DNA of 63,331 nt, the filler included, from Chrysochromulina tobinii (Eukaryota): the NCBI GenBank assembly GCA_001275005.1. It is 3 parts of 3 records of this genome, joined end to end, with 100 filler letters (N's around TTAATTAATTAA, not from the genome) between each part and the next. Parts side by side here need not be neighbours in the genome. Positions count along the whole stretch, not along the records: positions 1 to 28,129 come from JWZX01001410.1; 2 more parts are not named here. One strand, 5' to 3'. Both the position numbers and the translations under genes were made by a program. Below are positions 1 to 9,600 of the stretch, in pieces; the stretch's first letter is position 1, and each line of letters begins with the position of its first letter. The notes beneath the pieces were generated by a model. That model was given only the letters and a program-made list of their open reading frames with translations. It did no database searches and was not told the origin of the DNA.

Positions 1-1337
1 GGCGCCGGCGCGGTCGCCGGCGCCGCGGCCGCCGTGAGCGCGCCTGCGCCACTCGCGCCGCCGTGCGCGCTCGCGCCGCCGTCTGCCGCGCCGCTCTGCG
101 CCGCATCCACCAGGGCCGGCGGTGACCCCCCCTCGACCGCTGTGCCCTCCGCCGTGCTCGCGTCGGCTGCGGCCTGCTGCGGGTCCGTCGGCAGCGTGGC
201 GCGCTTGCGCACTGGAGAGAGTGGCGCCGAGCCCATCGAGGCCTTGGCCACGGCGGAGGCGGCGATCTCGATCAGGGAGATGCTCGCGGCGTGCGCGCGC
301 GCGATGTCGCCGCCGACGAGAAAGGCGAGCGCGTCGCTCACCGAGGTGATGTTGCGCCGCATGGCGCGCAGCCCACCGCCGGAGCCCATCGCGTTGGACG
401 ACATGTCGGACCAGAGCCAGAGAGGGTCACCGCCTGACTCGCCGCCGTGCAGGGCACCGAGGCCGAAGATGATCGTGGGTGGCATGCGCAGCTGCAGCGG
501 CGGCAGCCCGCGCTGCTGCGTGTCGCGCACGGCGGCCTCGATGGCCGCGAAGAAGCACGAGCCTGGCCGGAGCACCCCGTCATACTTGTAACCACCCTCG
601 TTGGGGCCAAAGCGCATCTTCTCGATCAGGCTGAGTTGCGGCTCCATCGGCTCCATGGGCTCGGAAACGGTGGCGCCGTCGCCGCCGCTCGCCTCGGAAC
701 GGGCCGGTGTGAGGCGTGGGGCGCTGCTGCTGGGGCGCAGGCCGGGGCTGCTTCCCGGCCGAACGCCGCTGCTCGTGCTGTGTGGCTTGTACAGGGAGCC
801 TTTGAGAGCAGCCCTCTCGATCATCTCTTGGGACATGCCGTGCACACCGGGTAAGAGATTGCTCAGCGCGGCTCCCACGCTGCCGCGGCTCAGCGTCGCC
901 GACTGGGGCCGCGCGGGCATCGCCGACGCGGGTCTTGGCGCGGTCGCATCGATCGGGCTGCCTACCTTCCACGGCTGCCACTTGCCCACGCCCGGTCGGC
1001 GGCCCAGCTGCGGCGCCGTACGCTCGTTGGCCATGACGTGCGCAGGGCTGCTCGGCAGTGCGTACGCATCAAGATCAGCGGTGATCGCCTTGCTGCTCAC
1101 CCAACCTCTATCAGCAGCAGCGTCCACCGCCTTCTGTCGCTGCCTCTCACGCTTCGCCTCAGCGTTCTCGATGCCGCGCTCGCCGATACCTTTGGTGTCG
1201 CGTGGGCCGCCGTCGAATCTGTGCTCGGGCAGCGACTTCTTTGCCGCCTCCAAGGATGGCGAGACGAACTTGAGGCCCTCAAAGGCGGGTGGCGCCTGTG
1301 AGCCCTTGAGCCCGAGCGGTCGATGCTCGTCCGGCAT
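1..1337 (-). CDS. Hypothetical protein, 3' end runs off the window
   Basis: ATG at 1337 (MPDEHRPLGLKGSQ...). The frame was open wherever I translated it toward position 1. The + strand ORFs 34..591 and 601..1356 are Ser/Ala-rich antisense shadows of it. Confidence 0.55.
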   Translation of the reverse strand, partial: MPDEHRPLGLKGSQAPPAFEGLKFVSPSLEAAKKSLPEHRFDGGPRDTKGIGERGIENAEAKRERQRQKAVDAAADRGWVSSKAITADLDAYALPSSPAHVMANERTAPQLGRRPGVGKWQPWKVGSPIDATAPRPASAMPARPQSATLSRGSVGAALSNLLPGVHGMSQEMIERAALKGSLYKPHSTSSGVRPGSSPGLRPSSSAPRLTPARSEASGGDGATVSEPMEPMEPQLSLIEKMRFGPNEGGYKYDGVLRPGSCFFAAIEAAVRDTQQRGLPPLQLRMPPTIIFGLGALHGGESGGDPLWLWSDMSSNAMGSGGGLRAMRRNITSVSDALAFLVGGDIARAHAASISLIEIAASAVAKASMGSAPLSPVRKRATLPTDPQQAAADASTAEGTAVEGGSPPALVDAAQSGAADGGASAHGGASGAGALTAAAAPATAPA

Positions 1338-1513
1338 AGCAAAGCGCACCGGGTAAAAGGCAGGCTGTCTCTTCACACCCGTTTTGAAACCGCCTCGGGC
1401 AACAATGGAAGACGCCCAGAGATTTCCGTTCGTGCAACTTGCTCATGCGTTTCAAGGTTCGGCACTGATGTCACGAGATTTCGCGCTGATTGCAGGCTGC
1501 CGACGACTTAAAA

Positions 1514-2533
1514 ATGTACTCGCGCATCCCGATCCTCCTCGTCCTCGCCACGTTGCCTCGGTACGCCGAAGGCGGTGAGGCGCTCAAGGGGATGCTCGCG
1601 CCCGACCTGGGCTTCAAGTCCGACCTCGCCAAGCTGCAAGCGCAGATCGATGGCTTCAAGGGCGGCGACGTGATCGCACGCTTGGAGCGGCCGCCGGAGC
1701 GTAACTCAGCATCCGACAATGTGCCGGCCGCCATCGCGCCAGGCCCGCCCCGGCCCCGATCCTTCTTCATCGCGCGTGCCATGCCACCCGTCGTGCTTGG
1801 CGCCGCCGCCGCCGCCTTTGCGCTGCGCTCGCAGGTGGTGCAGCGCGCCGAGCGGCGACTGGAGGCGGAGCTCAGCGCGCTCGCCAAACAGAGCGGCTCG
1901 CGGCGCATCGCGGCGCCGGAGCACGCGCCCACCCTGCGTGGCATCCGCCAGGCGACAGATGAGGTCGCGCTTCGGCGCGAGCTCCTCGGCGCGATCCTGC
2001 CGCTCCTCGTCCAGCTCGATCAGCCTACGCCGGCAGCGCCGCAGCTGGCGGCGATGGATGCTTCCGAGCTCGTGCGCTTGAACGCGAGCCTGAGCGCGCG
2101 CGTGGAGGCGTGTGGCGCGCTGCTCGCCGAGTACGAAGCGCTCGGCCAGCCCGCGCCCCCCGGGTTCCGCTCCTGGCCCGTGCAGGAAGTGCATGCACGG
2201 CGCGCGCATCTCGTAGCCAAGGGCCCGCTGCTCCGCGAGATCATCGCACTGGGAGCGCCGCTCGGCTCGCCGCGTCTCGACTGGTCGATGCCCGAGTGGT
2301 CCGAGGAGCGTCTCGCGCAGCACGCCGAGGCTCTCCGAGCGCAGGCCGCGGAGACCCTCGAGCGTCGAGAGCATTCGATCATGCTCGGCAAGGTCGAGGC
2401 TGCCTTCTGGCGGCGAGGCGAGGAGACGCCCATAGCCACGGGATCGCTGAGCACCGAGCAGCTGCGGACGCTGCTTGCGTCGCTCGAACGGGCGGCGCCC
2501 ACGGCGACGGCGAAGAAGGAGGAGGAGGAGTGA
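1514..2533 (+). CDS. Hypothetical protein with N-terminal signal peptide and a probable TM segment
   Basis: MYSRIPILLVLATLP hydrophobic leader; VVLGAAAAAFAL segment; helical C-terminal part; acidic tail. Confidence 0.6.
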   Translation: MYSRIPILLVLATLPRYAEGGEALKGMLAPDLGFKSDLAKLQAQIDGFKGGDVIARLERPPERNSASDNVPAAIAPGPPRPRSFFIARAMPPVVLGAAAAAFALRSQVVQRAERRLEAELSALAKQSGSRRIAAPEHAPTLRGIRQATDEVALRRELLGAILPLLVQLDQPTPAAPQLAAMDASELVRLNASLSARVEACGALLAEYEALGQPAPPGFRSWPVQEVHARRAHLVAKGPLLREIIALGAPLGSPRLDWSMPEWSEERLAQHAEALRAQAAETLERREHSIMLGKVEAAFWRRGEETPIATGSLSTEQLRTLLASLERAAPTATAKKEEEE

Positions 2534-2699
2534 AACAAAAGCCAAAATAAGGAGAGTGGCATCAGAGCACAGAGGTCCAGGGGTCGTGTGGTCGATCCAC
2601 TTTGTGTGTTATAATTCGACCCAAGACCACGGACCGTTCACACCGAAGAGAAATCCGGAATCCCAGGTGCACACACGCGCACGGCCGACGGGCGGGTGA

Positions 2700-3941
2700 A
2701 TGGCGCACGACCGTCTCGCGGAGCTCCGCCGAGGAAGAGAGTCGGAGAGCCCCGCAGGGAGAGGGGGCGGTGGCAAGGGCGGTGGCCATGATGACGTTGA
2801 GATGGGCGCTGGGTCATTTATGCAGAACTTCTTTGACGAGGCAGGGGATATCAAGAAGACGATGGCGTCGATCCGGTACAACATTCGGCAGATTGAGCAG
2901 TCGCACGGCGAGTGCCTGACCGCCGTATCCGCTGACCAGGGTAGGGAATCTACAGAGCGGCTCGAGGAGCTCATGCGCACCACCAACGGCATGGCGACGC
3001 AGGTGCGCAACCGGCTGAAGTCCATGGACGTCGAGAATAAGGAGTATGCAAGGAGCAACGTGGGCGCGTCCGAGGCACGCATCCGCTCGAACATGCATGG
3101 TACACTGACGCGAAAGTTTGTGGACCTGATGGCCGAGTATCAGGAGTTGCAGACCAAGTACAAGAACAAGTACCGCGAGCGCGTCGAACGCCAGTACAAG
3201 ATCGTGAAGCCTCATGCGAGCAAGGACGAGATCGATGCTGCCTTCGACAGTGGAGATTCGCAGGATAATGTGTTCACGCAGCAGATCTTGCAAGGGCCCG
3301 GGCACGCGGCGGCGCGCTCGGCGCTCGCCGACATCCAAGAGCGGCACAAGGACATCACGCGACTCGAGACCTCGATCCAAGAGCTCCACCAACTCTTCCT
3401 GGATATGTCTGTCCTCGTCGAGTCGCAGGTGCGAGGATCGCCGTGGATTGCCACGAATCGTCTTGGAGTGCCTTGGACTGCCTTGGACTGCCTTGGACTG
3501 CCTTGGACTGCCTTGGAGCGCCATTGATTGGATATGTCGCCCCTCGTCGAGTCGCAGGGCGAGCTGCTCGACCAGATCGAGTACACGGTGTCTCAGTCGG
3601 TCAACTTCACTGGAAAGGCGGTGGAGGAGCTCCGAACCGCGAATCAATACCAAAAGAGGGTGCGCAAGAAGATGTGCTGCATCATTTGTGTGATCCTCAT
3701 CGTCATCATCGCCATCATCGCGCCGCTCCTCGTGAGCCGCATGACAAGTGCGAGGCGCCTCCTCGAGCTCGAGTGGGACTAATTGCCTCCCTAATTGCCT
3801 CCCTAATTGTGGGACGCCTCCCTAATTGCCTCCCTAATTGTGGGACGCCTACCTAATTGCCTCCCTAATCATGGGACGCCTCGTTGAGCTCGAGTGGGAC
3901 TTATGGACTGATGGGGGCGAGCAGCGTCGCCACTAGGCTGA
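2700..3941 (+). CDS. Plasma-membrane-type syntaxin (Qa-SNARE); exons 2700-3428, 3558-3747, 3937-3941
   Basis: N-terminal DRLAEL motif and Habc helices. The SNARE motif ERHKDITRLETSIQELHQLFLDMSVLVESQ|GELLDQIE is restored by removing 3429-3557. C-terminal TM CCIICVILIVIIAIIAPLL. The last mini-exon (ATG ACA A|GC TGA) is less certain. Confidence 0.9.
3429..3557 (+). other. GT-AG intron (129 bp) with CCTTGGACTG array and a 29-bp copy of the upstream exon end
   Basis: cag|gtgcga ... gtcgcag|ggc. 3400-3428 matches 3529-3557 at 26/29. Confidence 0.9.
3748..3936 (+). other. Probable GT-AG intron (189 bp) with CTAATTGCCTCC array
   Basis: Donor gtgcgagg is identical to that of syntaxin intron 1. Acceptor cactag. 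3908-3930 duplicates 3938-3960. Confidence 0.6.
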
Positions 3942-4617
3942 TGGGGGCGAGCTGCGTCGCCGCGCACACGTGGGGCTCCAAAATGCGTGGCGCTCCAAGG
4001 TGCGAAATGCAGTGTGAAATGGGGCTCCAAAATGCGAGGCGCTTACGTTGTGCGCTGCGCTGCAAGTGCCCGCCGACACGCGAGCGCTGGCAGTTGGCAG
4101 CGAGCTGGAGCATGTTAAGTTCACTGACACTCCGAACGCGTGCCACGTGGGGGTCGAGTCCACATGGTCGAGTGACGAGGTTCGGAGAGGAATTGCGGGG
4201 GAAAGGCCCGGGTCGCCGGGATCTGCCTCTTCTCCTTCGTTGCATTCGACGCGCATCCCCCCGCCCTGATTGGGGCTCCGCCCCGGGACGTAGATTTTCG
4301 GGTGTCGCACGTGTCGCGCGGTTGATTTTCCGTGACGGTCGCTGAGCTGACCTGCCGGCTCTGAATAATTCGGAGCTGTTCACACACACTGTCGACACAG
4401 CGCCAGCGACGCAAGACCCAGACAGTCACCCGACCGGTTCTTCCGTTCACGGCGCCACCATGGCGCGACGCGGCTATAAGCACAGACTCCGCGACGACTA
4501 CCTCAAGGCACCCCTAATCTAAACCCCTGGAGGCCCACACATTTCTCGGGGGAACACCCGACGGGTATTAACAGCCATTTCACGGCTTGTTGATGGCGCC
4601 GCGGCTTCGGGTCGTCG

Positions 4618-6405
4618 ATGCTCGTCGCTGCTGTTTGCCTGCTCTCGGCCGAGATCCGCGGCGGCCGTGGTCTCGTGGTGCGACATCGCGGAGCACGCAT
4701 GCTGATCACTCCGGACAAACTTGAGGAGGCGCGCAACGCTGCACGAGACATGCATGCCGCGGCGGTCGCATACAGCGAGGAGACTTATCACCGGGGCAGC
4801 ACGTGGCAATGCTCGGCGAGTACCTCACTTTCACGCACCGACTGGGATTGCTACGGCTTTCCCCGCGCTGGAAGTGGCCTCGGTTACGATGCCACAGCAC
4901 CCGGGGGCTACGGAGAGGATGAGCTGGCGCGAGTGAGCAGGAGACCCATCCTCTCCGTCGTCGAATGCTCCGCCATCATCGCGGAGGCCGAGCGCGTGGC
5001 TGCCTGGGAGGAGAGCGGACGCATCGCTCATTATGCACGGCGGGCAGGCTGCCTCACCCCTCTGAGCGCTCTGCCCGAGTCCTTGAAGATGCTCACTCCG
5101 GTCCTCTCGTCGGTCTTGCTCCCCAGCATCCAGACCGCCTTGCCTCGCGGATGCGGCTCCGCAGCATTGCGCGTCAGCGACGCGCGGCTCGTGAAGTACA
5201 ATGCGACGGCGTCGCAGACGCAGCTGGGCTTGCATCGTGATGGGCCGCTCGTCACCGCCACGATTGCCCTCAACAGGCAAGATGAGTACGATGGGGGCGG
5301 CACCCGGATCGAGGCCTTGCAAGGCAGGATGTTGCTCGGGCAGGATGACGTCGGCATTGGAGGCGGCGCAGCTGGCGGAGGCGGCACAGCCGGCGGAGCG
5401 AGCGTGCTGCGTGTTCCGCAAGGCCACGCCGTGCTCCATCCAGGCGCCGTACGCCACGGAGGAGAGCCGATCACCCGCGGTCTGAGGTACTTCCTCGTCG
5501 CCCCTGGGATGCCTATGAGCGCCGTCCCGAGCACCATCGATCCGCGCCGCGTGCATCCCTCGTCAGGTACGTGCTCGTCTTCTTCATCTTCGATAAGAAC
5601 ACCGTGGACTACGACCGCTTCAGCTTGCTCAAAGCCACCGGCCTCCTCGCCCAGGCGCGCCACTGATGATTGCCACTAAGTGCCCCCGATGGCCTCTGAT
5701 GACCTCTCTGATGACCTCTCTGATGGCCTCTCTGATGGCCTCTGATGACCTCCGATGACCTCCGATGGCCTCCAGGCGCGTCGAATCTCCTCTACTCGGG
5801 CCGAGATCGGAGCTCGGGCCGAGATCGGAGCTCGGGCCGAGATCGGAGCTCGGGTCGAGATCGGGATCCTGCAGGCTGCGGTCGACGCCTATCGTGTCGC
5901 CATCGCTCTCGGTGCCGCGACGGAGGCGGCGCCAAATGGACTCGGGCAGGCTCTGCTCGAGCTTGCCCGATTGACCGGAGATACGTCCCTTTTGCAGAGC
6001 TCCGCGGACGAGCTCGCTGCTGCAGTGGCTCTCGCGCCCACGGACTCGCACTCGCTCTCGACTCTCAGCGCGGTGCATCTTCAGATGAAGCGGCCCGAGC
6101 AGGCACTACTCGCGGCGGCGGCGGCGGCGCTCGCAGACCCTCGGAACACTGCAGCCCACAACAATCACGGCTGGCTGCTCTCGGAGCTCGGGCGCCACGA
6201 CGAGGCGATACGCGCGTACATAGTCGGGCTGAGGCTCGACCCGCGAGATGCCGAGCTGCTGTGCAACCTGGCCACCTCGACGGCAGAGCTCGGCCAGCTA
6301 CAGAGTGCGGTGACCATCTTCGAAGCTGCCATCAAGGCGGATCCCAACCACAAGCGTGCGAGGGCAAACCTTGACGCGGTGCGCTCCTTCTTACCCAACC
6401 CTTGA
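4618..6405 (+). CDS. 2OG-Fe(II) oxygenase (prolyl-4-hydroxylase-like) fused to TPRs; exons 4618-5486, 5567-5654, 5776-6405
   Basis: LGLHRD...TIALN...YDGGGT...H.GAVRHGG.PITRGLR|YVLVFF (HxD...H...R motif completed by splicing). TPR helices AHNNHGWLLSELGRHDEAIRAY. Hydrophobic N-terminus. Confidence 0.85.
5487..5566 (+). other. GT-AG intron (80 bp) ending in the shared acceptor-like motif
   Basis: Junctions aggtacttcctcgtc / aggtacgtgctcgtc; 3' end gtgcatccctcgtcag. Confidence 0.85.
5655..5775 (+). other. GC-AG intron (121 bp) with TGATG(A/G)CCTC array
   Basis: ccaggcgcg at both junctions. Removal joins ...GLLAQ|ARRISS in frame with the TPR ORF. Confidence 0.8.
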
Positions 6406-6675
6406 AGCAAGAAGGACGCGGGCCCAGTTGGCGAGTAGGATACTGCCGAGTGTGGACCCTTAGTGGACCCGAGGGCGTCACCAACCCCTCGCGCCCACAC
6501 CTGTGGATTTTTCTTCACAAATTAAGCTCGTAGAGAATTATTAAGTTGAGCGGAGTTACGCTGTACGTAACAACCAACAGGTGTTTCACAGCATGCAGCC
6601 AGCTGCTGGCCAAAGTAGTCTGTGTGGCTCTAGTGTGGCTCTACAAATGAGCTTCTGCCTTCGTCATCGCGGGCT

Positions 6676-9600
6676 TCAAGACTGCGGTCCAAGGATGCCG
6701 TCAAAGCGCTGATAGGCGATCAGGTATTCAGGATAGACTTGAGCATTCTGGAAGACGATGAACTCGCGGTATCGATAGGGCCCTCCACCGGCGTGGTTCT
6801 CAGCAACTAGCGTGTGGTGATTGACTGGCGGATCGACCCCGCCGACCGGCGCAAGCTCTCGCCATGACGGCTTAGGGGGGCTGCCCACCATCGGGAAGAT
6901 GCGCTCACTCGTGTCCGGGCTCTTCATGTTCTTATCGTGTGCCGTCAGCGTGCGGACCGTGCAGCCTGTAGCCACGCGGCAGGCCAGCAGGTAGAAGACC
7001 CGCCCAGGGTGGTCCGTGCCCTCAGGATACAAGCGCTGATGTAGCGCTTGAGTCCCAGCACTCCCCCGGGTGGCCGCCGAGGCGGGATCGTTTCGCTGCC
7101 ATGGGCGTATGTCGATGGTCGCGTAGTGGTCGCACTTGCCCGCGTCCTCGGCAAAGTACAGACCGTCGCCGAAGGCCGTGCCCGCATTCGTCCCCGAAAA
7201 GTGCTCATTCAGGCCGCTCGAGAGGATCGAAAGGAGGTTCTCGGGCGCCGTTGCGTGCAGCAGAATCTCCTCGCCTGCTAGCGTGTCAAGCTGTCCTGGC
7301 AGACGAGAGGCTGCATCGTGTAGCCGGCACTTGACATCGTGCACTGGCTTGCCTGCGTGCAGCACACGCTGCAAGCCCTCCGCCACCAAATTTCGGGCGC
7401 CTGCATACTTGACGAAGAGCGATTGGTGTTCGATGCGCCATGCCGCCGCCAGGCGCAGCCGGTCATAGCTTGGGGTTTGATGCTTGTAGTCTCGACCCTT
7501 GCCGAGCTCGGTGCCGTCTGTCTCGAGCAACGCACTCAGAGCGTTCCAAGCCTCGGAGTGCTTGGAGGGCTCGAGAGCCAACAGGGCAACCCCTTCGGCC
7601 GAGGCGGGTGCTGTGCTGTGCTGCCAGTAGTCGGGCAGTTTCAAGGACGCCTGCAGCTTGTGCAGCTGAGCGCGGTCGGCCGAGCTCTCCTTTTGTGCTG
7701 CGGCGAGGCTCGCGGCGTGCGCCCTCCGAGCGCGCTCCGCCTCCAGCACGACGAGCTCCGCAAGCGCCTGCTGCACCTGTATCGCCACCTCCGATGCCGA
7801 GGGTCGCTGCTCGGGCCGCTCAACCATCATGAGCCTCAGCAGCTTGGTCACGAGTTCCTGGTCCTCTAAGTCGGGCGGGGGGGGGCTACTGAGAACCCAT
7901 TCGAAGCTCTTGCCTAGGCTGTACACATCTGACTTGCTCGTGAGCTCGCTGACGGTGCCTTGGACCACCTCTGGAGCAAAGAACCCAAAGGTGCCGCCGC
8001 CAAACCCTTTGGTGGGTCCACCACCACCACCACCACCTCCTCCGCCGGCGGCGCTCGTACATTCGGCCGTGCTGATGACGAAGGAGCGCGAGCGGCGCGT
8101 CGTGGCCGGCACGCTCACGTCGAAGTCGGCGAGACGCGGGCGCATGCCCTCGTCGAAGAGAATGTTATCCGGCTTGATGTCCGAGTGGATGACGCCACGA
8201 GCGTGCAGGTTGGCCACCGCCTCGCTCAGCGCGAGCAGCAGCTCCAACATGAAGCGCGCTGTGAGGTGCGCCCTCTCGCGCACGGTGCTCAGAGTGCCGT
8301 TGGGGTAGTAGGGCATCTGGAGGTAGAAGCTGTCGTCCGACTCGAAGAGCGCTTCGAGCTCGACCACGGCCGGATGCTGGCACTTGAGCAGAAGCGCCGC
8401 CTCTTTGTAGCACACCTTGAGAGCCTCCGCATCGACATCGTACTTCTTGAGTGCGACGGCGCGACCGTCAAGGAGAGCGATCCACACCGGATGGCGCGAG
8501 AACGTCTGCAGCTTGCGCAACTCCGTGTACTGGTCAAGCTGGCGCCCCATCTTGTACAGGGGGAGGAGCTCTACCGGTATGCCGTCCGGCACACGGCGAC
8601 GTAGCTCGGGGAAGGCGTTCAGCTTCTTGAACAGTGTGGCGTGCAGCTGGCTCAGCTCTCCCTCGGCCGCGCGCACTGCGCCCTTGGCCACTTTGACATC
8701 CGCTGCGCGTTGCTCAACGGCATCATTGCCCGACTGCAGCTTGGCCCTCTTCAGCTTCGTGCCCTCTTCTTCGAGGTCGAGCTTGGCCAGCTCCACCTTG
8801 TTGCGCGCCCTCATCAGCTCCTCTTCGAATGCGTCCACACGCGTCTCGAGCAACTCCGAGAGCTTCGCGTGCTCGTGGCTGAGCCCCTTGCAGCGCTCGA
8901 GAATGCTCTGAAGCGACGCAGCAGCCTGGTGACGGCGCTCGGCAACGGCCGACCCAGCTTGCAGCAGTAGCTTGAGCGGGAACGCCGACAGTTGAGTCTG
9001 CCAGAAGCAGATCTCGGCGTCGACCTTGGCGTTGAGAACGCGCAGCCGCTCGCTGACGAGATTGGGCTCAACGGACATGTCCGATGTAAACATGCTCCCA
9101 TGTAGACATGTCATGTTGAGCGCAGCGAGGTCGGTGCCTGCCTGCTGTTCGGGCTCCACTTCGAAGGACTTCTCGTACTGATCAATGGCGCTCAAAGCCG
9201 AAAGCACACAAGAACCATCCGTGCCAGCCGTTGAAGATCGTGGGCCCGCATGGAGGTTGGACAGCGTGGCAGGGCCAAACACGTAGATGTCGACAATCAG
9301 CTTCAGGAGTTGGTCTGACTTGAGCAGGTGCTCCGTCGCTCGGGCGTCCGTGTGCTTCACCAGGTAGTCGCGCACGACGGCCTTGCACTGCGAAAGCGCC
9401 TCACCGCCGCTCAGCGTCTCGCGACCGCCGCCGCTGCTGCCCGCTCCCTTGGCCGCCCCACCCTCGCGCAGCGGCCCGTTTTGGTTCTGCAGGCCGTGTA
9501 CAATGTCCATGCACTGCCAGAGCATGTGGCTGCTGCTCACGCCCTTGTCCAGCCAATCCTGCCGCAGCGCCTGCACGGCCGTCGCTTTCGCCTGCGAGAG

